A stretch of 64,000 nucleotides of DNA from an uncultured Gemmatimonadales bacterium (lineage in GTDB: Bacteria; Gemmatimonadota; Gemmatimonadetes; Gemmatimonadales; JACORV01): positions 323,534 to 387,533 of the forward strand of contig CAWETG010000010.1 of NCBI GenBank assembly GCA_963812035.1. Reading direction: 5' to 3'. Below the pieces are notes generated by a model. The model was given only the letters and a program-made list of their open reading frames with translations. It had not been told where the DNA came from and did no database searches. The translations under genes and the position numbers were made by a program. Shown piece by piece: positions 16,367-26,235 of the stretch. The number at the start of each line of letters is the position of its first letter. The first letter of the stretch is position 1.

Positions 16367-18952
16367 TCAGGCCAGGACCGTCTCCTCCGCCGGGGGCCGC
16401 AGGTTGTAGTGCGAGGCCATCGCGTGGCCGTACGCACCCGCCTGGGCGATGAGCAGGACGTCTCCCGCCACCGGCGTGGCGAGCCAGCGGTCGCGCCCGA
16501 GCACGTCGCCGCTTTCGCAGATCGGCCCGACCACCTGCGCGAACAGGTCCGGCGGCGCCGGATGGCGCGTGAGATTCACGATCGGGTGCCAGGCGCCATA
16601 CAGCGCCGGCCGGATGAGCGAGTTCATTCCGGTCCCCACACCCACGAACACGGTGTGCCCCTTGCGGCGCACCTGGGTCACCGGGGCCAGCAGCACGCCG
16701 GCCTCCGCGACGAGATAGCGCCCCGGCTCGAGCCGTACCTCGATGCCGGGCAGGGCCTGGGCGATCGGCGCCAGCCCCGCCTGCAACGCCTCCAGATCCA
16801 GCTCGGGCTGGCCGGCCCGCTCCCGCAGGCCGAGCCCGCCCCCGAGATCGATCCAGCGCAGTTCATCACCCGCACGGGCCGCGAGCGAGACGAGCAGGCG
16901 TGCCAGCGCCAGCCACGCATTCGGATCGAGGATCCCGCTCCCCAGGTGCGCGTGGAGCCCGGTGATCCGCGCCCCCGCGTCGGCGAGCGCGGACCGCAGC
17001 GCGTCGAACTCCTCGGCCGGGTGGCCGAACTTCGAGCTGGGTCCGCCGGTGCGGACCTTCTCGTGGTGCCCTGCACCCCAGCCGGGGTCGAGGCGCACTG
17101 CGAGTGCGCGCCCGCTGAGCAGCGCCGGTGAGGACTCGCAGAGCTGCGGGCCGTCGACGGTCAGCTCCGCTCCCAGCTCGGCGGCGCGTCCGTACTCCTC
17201 GACGGCGCAGAAGTTCGGCGTAAAGAGCAGCGGCACGGCGTCGCCCAGCTGCGCGCGCGCCGCCTCGACTTCCTGGATGGACACGCATTCGATGCCGAAT
17301 CCCTCGGCGGCGACCGTCGCCACGATCGCCGGGTGGGGATTGGCCTTCATCGAATAGTAGAAGCGGCCCACCACCGGGAGCGCGCCGCGCAGCCGGCGGG
17401 CGCGCGCCCGCACGGTGGCCAGGTCGTACACGTAGTGCGGCCGGCCGTCGCGCGAGAGCTGCAGCAGCTCCTCGCGGCGGCTGTCCCACCACGGCGACGA
17501 CGGCTCCGGCGCGGGGGCTCCGCGCAGCCGCTCCCAGGTCGGACCGAGCCGCGGGTCGTCGCCGCGAGCGGAGAACAGCAGGTCGTGGAGTCGCCGGACG
17601 AGCGGCGCCCCTTCGTCCTCGTCCACGACGAAGGAGAGGTTGAGATCCTCTGCCGAGTTGCTGATCAGATGGACCGGCCGGTCCTGGAAGGCGGTGAGCG
17701 CGGGCGCCACTTCCCCCAGCGTGGCGCGGATGCGCCGACCGACGATCGACACGACCGCGCACGGGTGGATCACCTGGACCTCCCCCAATTCCTCCAGCCG
17801 CGCGAGGAGTCCGCGGAACACCCGCCCCTCGACTCCGCCGGGCAGTGAGTCGAGCGTGAGGCTGACCGTCGCTTCCGAGGTGCCGATGAGATCCACCGAG
17901 ATGCCGAGTTCCTCGAAGGGCGCGAAGAACCGCGCCAGGAAGCCGGGAGCGTTCCACATGGCGACGGTGGAGACGCTCAGCAGGGTTCCCCCACGCCGGC
18001 AGGTGACGGCGGTGACCGCCGGATGGGCCTCGCGCTCGCCCTCGATCCGCGTCCCGTCCATCTCGGGATGGGGCGTGCAGCGAATCACCACCGGGATGCC
18101 GTGGCGGGCCGCCGGTTCGAGGCACGCCGGGTGCAGCACCTTGGCTCCCAGGGAAGCCAGCTCTCGCGCCTCGCGGTACCCGATGCGGCGGATCAAGCGC
18201 GCCGAAGGGACCTCGCGGGGATCGGCGGTGAAGAGCCCAGGCACGTCGGTCCAGATCTCGAGCGTCTCGGCGCCGGCCAGCGCGGCCAGCAGTGCGGCGG
18301 AGGTATCGCTGCCGCCGCGCCCGAGCAGGCACGTCTCTCCCTCCGGCGTGCGGGCGATGAAGCCCTGGGTCACGACGACGCGGTCATCGCCGGCAGCCGC
18401 GTCGAGGCGTTCCGGCGCGCGCGCCGACGGGACCGACGCCGCCAGGTAGCGCCGCTCGTCCGGGTCGAGCGGGCGCGGAGCGCTCTCCAGCAACTCGCGG
18501 GCGTCGAGCCAGCGCGCGCCGACCCCCAGTGAGCCGAGCATGGCGACGCCGAGACGAGTGGCCGCCAGCTCTCCCTGCGCCAGCACCCGCGCCGCGAGAC
18601 GCGGAGGGGCTTCCCTGGTCAACCGCACGCCCTGCAGCAGGCGCGCCACTTCTTCGAAATGGGACCGCATCGACCGCAGCGCCGCGGAGCCGAGATCGAG
18701 TCCGGCGGCCGTCGCCAGGTCGGCATGAGCCCGCTCGATCCGCGCCAGGCTGTCGGTCTCGCGCCCCGCGCGGGCCGCCATCACGGCCTCGTCCAGCAGG
18801 TCCGTCGTTCCGGCCAACGCGGAGCAGACGATCAGCACTCGCTGGCGCTGCGAGCGCGCCGCGGCCTCGCGCGCGATGGTCTGCCAGCACTCGAACGATG
18901 CGACCGACGTGCCGCCGAACTTCAGCACGACCCACGGCGCGTTCACCGACAT
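16367..18952 (-). CDS. lysC-lysA: bifunctional aspartate kinase / diaminopimelate decarboxylase
   Basis: 861 aa. N-terminal VVLKFGGTSV aspartokinase with ACT region. The C-terminal half has YYSMKANP (PLP-Lys) and the DapDC fold III decarboxylase signature. Confidence 0.9.
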   Translation of the reverse strand: MSVNAPWVVLKFGGTSVASFECWQTIAREAAARSQRQRVLIVCSALAGTTDLLDEAVMAARAGRETDSLARIERAHADLATAAGLDLGSAALRSMRSHFEEVARLLQGVRLTREAPPRLAARVLAQGELAATRLGVAMLGSLGVGARWLDARELLESAPRPLDPDERRYLAASVPSARAPERLDAAAGDDRVVVTQGFIARTPEGETCLLGRGGSDTSAALLAALAGAETLEIWTDVPGLFTADPREVPSARLIRRIGYREARELASLGAKVLHPACLEPAARHGIPVVIRCTPHPEMDGTRIEGEREAHPAVTAVTCRRGGTLLSVSTVAMWNAPGFLARFFAPFEELGISVDLIGTSEATVSLTLDSLPGGVEGRVFRGLLARLEELGEVQVIHPCAVVSIVGRRIRATLGEVAPALTAFQDRPVHLISNSAEDLNLSFVVDEDEGAPLVRRLHDLLFSARGDDPRLGPTWERLRGAPAPEPSSPWWDSRREELLQLSRDGRPHYVYDLATVRARARRLRGALPVVGRFYYSMKANPHPAIVATVAAEGFGIECVSIQEVEAARAQLGDAVPLLFTPNFCAVEEYGRAAELGAELTVDGPQLCESSPALLSGRALAVRLDPGWGAGHHEKVRTGGPSSKFGHPAEEFDALRSALADAGARITGLHAHLGSGILDPNAWLALARLLVSLAARAGDELRWIDLGGGLGLRERAGQPELDLEALQAGLAPIAQALPGIEVRLEPGRYLVAEAGVLLAPVTQVRRKGHTVFVGVGTGMNSLIRPALYGAWHPIVNLTRHPAPPDLFAQVVGPICESGDVLGRDRWLATPVAGDVLLIAQAGAYGHAMASHYNLRPPAEETVLA

Positions 18953-19023
18953 CCCCGTTCACTCCCCCTTCTTGACCTTCCACCTCGCCAAGAGCGAGGT
19001 TAGCAAGTCTATGGGGAATCGAC

Positions 19024-19908
19024 ATGTTTGACCAATTGCGCGCCTTTCACCGCCCCACGACCGTCTCCGCCGCCCTCCGCCTGTTGGCCGCCGAGCGCCG
19101 CGCCGGCGGCCGCGGCCGGTTCGTCGCCGGCGGCACCGACCTCGTGGTCCAGGGCGATCGCTCGCTCCGCTACCTCGTGGACATCACCCGCCTCCCGTTG
19201 CGCTACGTGAAGCGGCGCGGCGGTGGCTGGGCAATCGGCGCGACTTCGACCATGGCCGACCTCGAGCACGCCCCGGCGCTGCGGCGCTGCGCCGATGGGA
19301 TCGTCGCGCAGGCCGCCGGCACGGCCGGGTCCCCGCAGATCCGCAACATGGGCACCATCGGAGGCAACCTCGCCAACGCGTCGCCCGCCTGCGACCTCGC
19401 GCCGCCGCTGCTCGCGCTGGACGCGTGGCTTGTTCTCGCCGGCCCGGGCGCCCGCCGCACCGTGCCGCTGGACCGCTTCTTCCGCGGCGTGCACCGCACC
19501 GCCCTCAACGGCGGCCTGCTGGTGGAGATCGTGGTCCCGGCCCTGCCGCGGGCGACCGGCGGCCGCGCCGCCTGGTCGTTCCAGAAGCTGGGCCGCCTCC
19601 AGAGCGACATCGCCGTGGTGAACGCCGCCGCCGGCATCGTGCTCGACCGGAATGGCGGCTGCACCTGGGCGCGCATCGCCCTGGGCGCCGTGGCGGCCAC
19701 GCCGCTCCGGGCCCGTCGCGCGGAGGCGCTGCTGGTGGGGCGGGCATTCGACGCGACAGCCGTCACGGCGGCGGCGGAGCGCGCGGCCCTGGAGACACGG
19801 CCTGTGAGCGACGTCCGCGCCTCCGCCGAGTACCGCCGCGAGATGAGCCGCGTGTTGGTGGCGCGTGCCCTCACCGAGTGCCTTGAGCGTATCAGGAGGA
19901 TCCGGTGA
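19024..19908 (+). CDS. molybdenum hydroxylase FAD-binding (medium) subunit, CoxM/XdhB/YgfM-like
   Basis: 294 aa. AGGTDLVV and GTIGGNLANASPA.D motifs of the FAD_binding_5 family. Confidence 0.85.
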   Translation: MFDQLRAFHRPTTVSAALRLLAAERRAGGRGRFVAGGTDLVVQGDRSLRYLVDITRLPLRYVKRRGGGWAIGATSTMADLEHAPALRRCADGIVAQAAGTAGSPQIRNMGTIGGNLANASPACDLAPPLLALDAWLVLAGPGARRTVPLDRFFRGVHRTALNGGLLVEIVVPALPRATGGRAAWSFQKLGRLQSDIAVVNAAAGIVLDRNGGCTWARIALGAVAATPLRARRAEALLVGRAFDATAVTAAAERAALETRPVSDVRASAEYRREMSRVLVARALTECLERIRRIR

Positions 19909-20444
19909 GCGACCTCGTGATCCGCGTGACCGTCAACGGCAAGCCGCAGCGCTGGACCGTGGCGCCGGGCGACCTGCTGCTGGACGTGCTCCGCCGGGAG
20001 GGCTACTGGGGCGTCAAGAAGGGCTGCGAAACCGGCGAGTGCGGAGCCTGTGTCGTGCTGGTGGACGGGAATCCGATCAACTCCTGCCTGATGTTCGCCG
20101 CCCAGGCCGATGGCCGGAAGCTCACGACGATCGAAGGCGTCGCGGACCGCGACCAGCTCGACCCGATTCAGGAGGCGTTCCTCGATCACGGCGCCGTGCA
20201 GTGCGGCTACTGCACGCCGGCGATGGTCCTGTGCACCAAGGCACTGCTCGCCCGCTCGCCGCACCCCAGCGAGACCGAAGTGCGCGAGATGCTGGCCGGC
20301 GTGTTCTGCCGTTGCACCGGCTACCAGAAGCCGGTCGAGGCGGTCCTGGCGGCGGCCAAGGTCCGCGCCCCCACCACGTCCGGCGCCACCGCAGGATCTG
20401 GTGCGGCGAAGCGGGGCGCGCCACGGCGGAGGGCCAAGCGATGA
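19905..20444 (+). CDS. molybdenum hydroxylase (2Fe-2S)-binding small subunit
   Basis: 179 aa. CETGECGAC and QCGYCTPA cluster motifs. GTG start overlaps the upstream stop. Confidence 0.9.
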   Translation: MSDLVIRVTVNGKPQRWTVAPGDLLLDVLRREGYWGVKKGCETGECGACVVLVDGNPINSCLMFAAQADGRKLTTIEGVADRDQLDPIQEAFLDHGAVQCGYCTPAMVLCTKALLARSPHPSETEVREMLAGVFCRCTGYQKPVEAVLAAAKVRAPTTSGATAGSGAAKRGAPRRRAKR

Positions 20445-22756
20445 GCGAGCGGAGCGTCGTCGGCCGGCGCGTCCGGAAGGTGGACGGCTTCAAGCTCGTC
20501 ACCGGAAAGACCGCCTTCACGGACGATATCGAGCTGCCGGGCATGCTGATCGGCAAGATCCTCGGCAGCCCGCACGCCCACGCCCGCATCAAGCGCATCG
20601 ACACGCGCCGCGCGAAGGCGTTGCCCGGCGTGCACGCGGTCCTCACCTGGCAGGACGTGCCGCGCGTCCCGCACACCACCGCCGGCCAGGCGTGGCCCGA
20701 GCCGTCGCCCTACGACACCTACCTGCTCGACTCGAAGGTCCGGCACGTGGGCGATCGGGTGGCCGCGGTCGCCGCCGAGACCCGGGCCATCGCCGAGGAA
20801 GCGCTGCGCCGCATCGAGGTGGAGTACGAGGTCCTGCCGCCCGTGCTCGACCTGGAGCACGCGATGGACCGCGGAGCGCCGGTGATCCACGACGAGCCGG
20901 ACTCGAAGGGCATCGACGACGCCGCGCGCAACCTCGCGGGGGAGATCCACCGCGAGCTGGGCAACGTGGAAGAGGGGTTCAAGCAGGCGGACCTGATCCT
21001 CGAGCGCGAGTACCGGACGCCGCGCCAGCAGCACTGCTCCATCGAGCCGCACATCGTCATCAGCTGGCTCGACGCCGACAACCGGCTGGTGATCCGCACC
21101 AGCACCCAGATCCCGTTCCACGTGCGCCGCCAGGTAGCGATGATCCTGCAGCTCCCGGTGAGCCGCGTGCACGTGATCAAGCCGCGCATCGGGGGTGGCT
21201 TCGGCGGCAAGCAGGAGATGGTGATCGAGGACATCTGCGCCGCGCTCGCCCTCGCCGCGCACCGGCCCGTCAAGCTGGAGTACACGCGCCACGAGGAGTT
21301 CTTCATGGCGCGCACCCGTCACCCGCAGGTCCTGCGGCTCAAGATGGGCGTGAAGCAGGACGGCACCATCGTCGCGCACCACATGAAGGTGCTGGCGGCG
21401 ACGGGCGCCTACGGCGGCCACTGCACGACCGTGCAGGGCAACACCGGCAGCAAGGTGCTGCCGCTGTACCGGTCGCCGAACCTCAAGTTCGACTGCGACG
21501 TGGTGTACCTGAACGCGCCGCCCGCGGGCGCCTTCCGGGGCTACGGGTGCCCGCAGGGGTTCTTCGCGCAGGAAAGCCTGGTGGACGAAATCGCCCACGA
21601 GCTGGGGATGGACCCCATCGCCTTCCGGCTCAAGAACGCGATCCGCCTGGGCGATACGGACGAGTTGTCGGCGCAGCTCGGCGAGGGCCGCAAGGGGCTG
21701 GCGCGCGTCATCCGGAGCTGCGGCCTGCCGCAGTGCCTCGAGCGCGGCGCCGCCGCCATCGGCTGGAAGGAAAAGCGCAACGGTGGCCGCCGCGGTACGG
21801 GCCGCGTGCTGCACGGCGTCGGCGTCGCGTGCTCGATGCAGGGCAGCGGGATCGCCGGTGTGGACTTCGCCGGCGCCTTCTTCAAGCTGAACGAGGACGG
21901 CTCGTTCAACCTGCAGGTGGGCGCCACCGACCTCGGCACCGGGAGCGACACGGTGCTGGCGCAGATCGCCGCGGAGACCCTCGGTGTCAGCCTCGACAAG
22001 ATCATCATCTACTCCTCCGACACCGACTTCACGCCGTTCGACGTCGGCGCCTACGCCTCCAGCACCACCATCATCTCCGGCGGCGCGGTGAAGAAGGCGG
22101 CGGAGAAGACCCGCGACGCGGTGTGCCGCTTCGCCGCCCAGCTGCTCGAGGCCCCGCCGGAGGCGCTGACCTGCCGCGACAACCGGATCTTCGCGCCCGG
22201 CGGCAAGTCGGTCACGATGTCCGAGGTGGCGATGTTCGCCTTTTACAGGGAGAAGACGCAGGTGATGGAGGGCGCGTCCCACTTCAACACCGACAGTCCG
22301 CCGCCGTTCTGCGCCAGCTTCGCCGAGGTCGCGGTCGACACCGAGACCGGCCAGGTCCGCGTCCCGCACCTGGTGACCGCCGTGGACCTCGGCGTCGCCA
22401 TCAACCCGATGCAGGCCGAGGGGCAGGCCGAGGGCGCCGTGGCGCAGGGCCTCGGCTACACCCTCGCCGAGGAGATGGTGCTCGACGACGCTGGGCGGGT
22501 GGTCAATGCCAATTTCTGCGACTACAAGATCTTCACGGCCAAGGACATGCCCAAACTCACGACGATCCTGGTGGAGACCGACGAGCCGCTGGGCCCCTAC
22601 GGCGCCAAGTCCATCGCCGAGGTGCCGATCAACGGGGTCGCCCCGGCGGTGGCCAATGCGGTCTTCGACGCCGCCGGGATCCGGATGCGGCGGCTGCCGA
22701 TCCGTCCCGACGCGGTGCTGCAGGCGCTGCGCGAGCAGGCGAAGGCGGCCCGATGA
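20441..22756 (+). CDS. molybdopterin-binding large subunit of xanthine dehydrogenase/aldehyde oxidase family
   Basis: ATG 20441 overlaps the small-subunit stop (ATGA). 771 aa in frame within track ORF 19865..22756. N-terminal VDGFKLVTGKTAFTDD and GGGFGGK motifs. Confidence 0.9.
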   Translation: MSERSVVGRRVRKVDGFKLVTGKTAFTDDIELPGMLIGKILGSPHAHARIKRIDTRRAKALPGVHAVLTWQDVPRVPHTTAGQAWPEPSPYDTYLLDSKVRHVGDRVAAVAAETRAIAEEALRRIEVEYEVLPPVLDLEHAMDRGAPVIHDEPDSKGIDDAARNLAGEIHRELGNVEEGFKQADLILEREYRTPRQQHCSIEPHIVISWLDADNRLVIRTSTQIPFHVRRQVAMILQLPVSRVHVIKPRIGGGFGGKQEMVIEDICAALALAAHRPVKLEYTRHEEFFMARTRHPQVLRLKMGVKQDGTIVAHHMKVLAATGAYGGHCTTVQGNTGSKVLPLYRSPNLKFDCDVVYLNAPPAGAFRGYGCPQGFFAQESLVDEIAHELGMDPIAFRLKNAIRLGDTDELSAQLGEGRKGLARVIRSCGLPQCLERGAAAIGWKEKRNGGRRGTGRVLHGVGVACSMQGSGIAGVDFAGAFFKLNEDGSFNLQVGATDLGTGSDTVLAQIAAETLGVSLDKIIIYSSDTDFTPFDVGAYASSTTIISGGAVKKAAEKTRDAVCRFAAQLLEAPPEALTCRDNRIFAPGGKSVTMSEVAMFAFYREKTQVMEGASHFNTDSPPPFCASFAEVAVDTETGQVRVPHLVTAVDLGVAINPMQAEGQAEGAVAQGLGYTLAEEMVLDDAGRVVNANFCDYKIFTAKDMPKLTTILVETDEPLGPYGAKSIAEVPINGVAPAVANAVFDAAGIRMRRLPIRPDAVLQALREQAKAAR

Positions 22757-23982
22757 GCGCCCTCGCGACGGTGCAGGCGAAGCGGGATGCGATCCTCACG
22801 GGCGCGGCCGCATACCAGGACGACATCGTCCGCTTCCTGCGGGACCTGATCGCCATCCCGGCGGTGAGCTGCCAGGAGGGCCCCGTCATCGCGCGGATCA
22901 AGGCGGAGATGCAGCAGGTCGGCTTCGACGAGATCCGCGTGGACGGGATGGGCAACATCCTCGGGCGGATCGGGTCGGGGAAGCGCGTCGTCATGATGGA
23001 CTCGCACACCGACACCGTCGGGGTCGGCGACCCGAAGGAGTGGACCTTCGACCCCTACAAGGGGAAGGTCGAGGACGGCTGCGTGTGGGGACGCGGGGCG
23101 AGCGACCAGCGCGCCGGGATGGCGTGCCTGGTGTACGCCGGGAAGCTGATCAAGGACCTCAGGCTGGCAGACGACGTCACCGTCTGGATGTGCGGCTCGG
23201 TCGAAGAGGAGGACAGCGACGGCATTGCCTGGCTCTACATCCTGCGCGAGGACGGGATCACGCCCGACGGGATCGTGATCACGGAGCCGACCAACCTGCG
23301 CGTGTACCGCGGGCACCGCGGCAGGATGGAGATCGAGGTGCACGTCCCCGGGGTGAGCTGCCACGCCAGCGCGCCGGAGCGGGGCGCCAATCCGATCTAC
23401 AAGGCGACGCACATCATCCAGCAGGTCGAGGCGCTCAACGCGCGCCTCAAGCAGGACGCTTTCCTCGGCAAGGGCACCGTGGCGGTGACGGACATCCGGG
23501 CGCTGACCCCTTCCCAGTGCGCCGTGCCGTCCGCCTGCATCTTCCATCTCGACCGGCGGCTCACCGCGGGTGAGACCAGGGAGAGCGCGGTGGCCGAGAT
23601 CCGCGCCCTGCCGGCGCTCCAGGACGCCGAGGTCGAGGTATTGCAGTACAAGGTGAAGAGCTGGACGGGGCTGGAGTTTGGGATGGAGAAGTACTATCCC
23701 ACCTGGAAGCTGGAGGAGCATCACCCGCTCGTGCGCGCGGGGGTCGAGACCTACCGGACGTTGTTCGACAAGGACCCGGTCGTGGACAAGTGGGTGTTCA
23801 GCACCAACGGCGTCGCCACGATGGGGATCATGCAGGTTCCGACCATCGGTTTCGGCCCTGGGGAGGAGGACAACGCCCACAGCGCCCTCGAGCGGGTGCC
23901 GATCGCGCACCTGGTGACGGCGACGCAGTTCTACGCTGCGTTCCCGCTCGTCTTCCAGCACACGCTCGAGCGCGGCGCGTAG
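22753..23982 (+). CDS. ygeY: YgeY-family M20 peptidase/hydrolase (selenium-metabolism-linked hydrolase family)
   Basis: ATG 22753 overlaps the upstream stop (ATGA). 409 aa; HTDTVGVGD, GRGASDQ and SVEEED metal-ligand blocks of M20/ArgE-type enzymes. Gene context with ygeW/ssnA. Confidence 0.8.
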   Translation: MSALATVQAKRDAILTGAAAYQDDIVRFLRDLIAIPAVSCQEGPVIARIKAEMQQVGFDEIRVDGMGNILGRIGSGKRVVMMDSHTDTVGVGDPKEWTFDPYKGKVEDGCVWGRGASDQRAGMACLVYAGKLIKDLRLADDVTVWMCGSVEEEDSDGIAWLYILREDGITPDGIVITEPTNLRVYRGHRGRMEIEVHVPGVSCHASAPERGANPIYKATHIIQQVEALNARLKQDAFLGKGTVAVTDIRALTPSQCAVPSACIFHLDRRLTAGETRESAVAEIRALPALQDAEVEVLQYKVKSWTGLEFGMEKYYPTWKLEEHHPLVRAGVETYRTLFDKDPVVDKWVFSTNGVATMGIMQVPTIGFGPGEEDNAHSALERVPIAHLVTATQFYAAFPLVFQHTLERGA

Positions 23983-26222
23983 TGGCCGAGCTCGTCCCGC
24001 TGCCACTCGACCTGCTCGCCAAGCGGGCGCTCCTGGAGTACGAGCGCCAGGGCCAGATCTTCGACCTGCCCAGGGCGAAGTTCTTCCGCGGCGACCCCGC
24101 GCTCGACACCTCCGTGCGCTTCCACGGCCGCCGCGCCGCGACCCCCGTGGGCCCCGCCGCCGGCCCGCACGATCAGCTGGCACAGAACATCGTGCTGGCA
24201 TGGCTCGCCGGCGCCCGGATCATCGAGCTCAAGACGGTGCAGGTCCTGGACGAGCTGAAGATCCCGCGACCGTGCATCGACGCCGCCAACGTGGGATACA
24301 ACGTCGAGTGGTCGCAGGAGCTGAAGCTCGAGGCCTCGCTCAGGGAGTACGTCGGCGCCGCGATGCTGATCGAGATCCTCACGGCGGCGGGGATCCCCGA
24401 GGGCGTCTCTGCGGCCCAGCGCGACACCCTGTTCGACATGAGCGTGGGGTACGGACTCGAGGGCATCCGGTCGGAGCGGGTGTCGGGCTGGATCCGGTCG
24501 ATGAAGGACGCCACCCGCGTGGTGGACGAGCTGCGCACCAGGCTCACGGGCCCGCTCGCCAGGTACCGGGACCTGCCCTTCCCCACCCGGATCAGCGACG
24601 CGGTGACCCTGTCCACCTTCCACGGTTGCCCTGCCGACGAGATCGAGGCGATCGCCTCCTTCCTCCTTGCCGACTTGGACGTGGATGTCTGCATCAAGCT
24701 GAACCCGACGCTGCTCGGCAGGCCCGAGGTGGACCACCTGTTGCACGACGTGATGGGGTACCGCGACATCCAGACGAGCCAGGAGGCGTTCGACAAGGAC
24801 CTGCAGTTCACGGACGCGCTGGCGATGATCCCCCGGCTCCAGGGGGTGGCGCGCGCCCGGGGCCGGCAGCTCGCGGTCAAGTGCAGCAACACGCTGGTGG
24901 TGCGGAACCACCGCACCGTCTTCACCGACGATGTGATGTACCTCTCGGGTCCGCCCCTGCACGTCATCACGATGAACCTGGTGCAGCGGCTGCGCGAATC
25001 GCTCGGCGCCTCGATCCCCATCTCGTTTTCGGCCGGCCTCGACGCCCACAACGTGGCCAACGCGGTGGCGCTCAACCTGGTGCCGACCACGACCTGCACC
25101 GACCTGCTCAGGCCCGGCGGCTACGGCCGGCTCTCCCGCTACGCGGCCAATCTCGAGGGCCGGATGGGCGAGCTGGGCGTGACGCGCGTGCCCGACCTCA
25201 TCCTGCGGCACGCCGGGCAGGCTCCGGCCGCCGTGCGGGCGGTGGCGGCAGCGTGCGTCGCCGCGACCGCCGCCGCGGCCGGCGAGCAGGACGGAGGCGC
25301 GACCGAGCGGGCGCACCGTTGGCTGCACGAGCACCTGGAGCCGCGGCTGGTGAGCTGGGCCGCCGGCGCCGCGGGGGCCGCGCCGCTGGACGGGCTCTGC
25401 GCCAGCCTGGCCGAGGACTTCGAGCGCAACGTCGCCCAGACCGTGCCGGCCGCCGTCGCGGCGCCGTGCCGCTCGCGGCTCGCGGCGCTCGAGCGGACCC
25501 TGGTGGACGCCGCGGGCGTGCTCAACACTCCGGTCATCGTCGAGCAGACGACGGCCGACCCGCGCTACGGCTGGGCGAAGAACCAGGGCGTGCCCCGCAA
25601 GATCGGCTCCAAGCTCTGGCTGTACGACTGCGTCAACTGCGACAAGTGCGTGCCCGTCTGCCCCAACGACGCCAACTTCGTCTACGAGGGTCCCGCGATG
25701 GCCGTGAGGTTCGAGGACGTCGAGATCGATGCGAAGGGACGCTGGCGCACCCTGCCCGGCGAGGAGGAGTTCGCCATCGGCCAGCCGCACCAGCTCGCCA
25801 ACTACGCCGACTTGTGCAACGACTGCGGCAACTGCGACGTCTTCTGCCCGGAGGACGGCGGTCCCCAGGTCCTGAAGCCGCGCTTCTTCGGCAGCATGGA
25901 GAGCTACCGCAAGTCCGCAGGCAGGAACGGATTCTTCCTGGAGACGGAAGGCGCGCGGCGCACGATCCACGGCACCATCGAGGGCCGCGGCTACCGCCTC
26001 GAGCTGGACGCGGCAAGCGGCCACGCCGTGTTCGACGACGGCGTGGCGGTGACCCGGCTCGCACTCGAGGGCAATGCGGTGCTGGATTGCCGCCTCGCGC
26101 CGGGCGCGGCGCCGCCGCAACTCCACCGGGTCGAGATGGCGAAGTACCTCACGCTGCGGCACCTCGCCGATGCGGTCGCCGACCCGAAGCGCGTCAACTT
26201 CGTCAACGTCACGGCACTGTGA
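23982..26222 (+). CDS. YgfK-like Fe-S oxidoreductase lacking the GltD-like flavin/NAD(P)H module
   Basis: GTG 23982 overlaps the ygeY stop. TPVGPAAGPHDQLAQNIVLAWLAGARIIELKTVQVLD...PCIDA closely parallels my recollection of the E. coli YgfK N-terminus. C-terminal CVNCDKCVPVCP and CNDCGNCDVFCP are 4Fe-4S motifs. Only 746 aa, against roughly 1030 in YgfK. Confidence 0.75.
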   Translation: MAELVPLPLDLLAKRALLEYERQGQIFDLPRAKFFRGDPALDTSVRFHGRRAATPVGPAAGPHDQLAQNIVLAWLAGARIIELKTVQVLDELKIPRPCIDAANVGYNVEWSQELKLEASLREYVGAAMLIEILTAAGIPEGVSAAQRDTLFDMSVGYGLEGIRSERVSGWIRSMKDATRVVDELRTRLTGPLARYRDLPFPTRISDAVTLSTFHGCPADEIEAIASFLLADLDVDVCIKLNPTLLGRPEVDHLLHDVMGYRDIQTSQEAFDKDLQFTDALAMIPRLQGVARARGRQLAVKCSNTLVVRNHRTVFTDDVMYLSGPPLHVITMNLVQRLRESLGASIPISFSAGLDAHNVANAVALNLVPTTTCTDLLRPGGYGRLSRYAANLEGRMGELGVTRVPDLILRHAGQAPAAVRAVAAACVAATAAAAGEQDGGATERAHRWLHEHLEPRLVSWAAGAAGAAPLDGLCASLAEDFERNVAQTVPAAVAAPCRSRLAALERTLVDAAGVLNTPVIVEQTTADPRYGWAKNQGVPRKIGSKLWLYDCVNCDKCVPVCPNDANFVYEGPAMAVRFEDVEIDAKGRWRTLPGEEEFAIGQPHQLANYADLCNDCGNCDVFCPEDGGPQVLKPRFFGSMESYRKSAGRNGFFLETEGARRTIHGTIEGRGYRLELDAASGHAVFDDGVAVTRLALEGNAVLDCRLAPGAAPPQLHRVEMAKYLTLRHLADAVADPKRVNFVNVTAL

Positions 26223-26235
26223 GGGAGGAGCGGAG

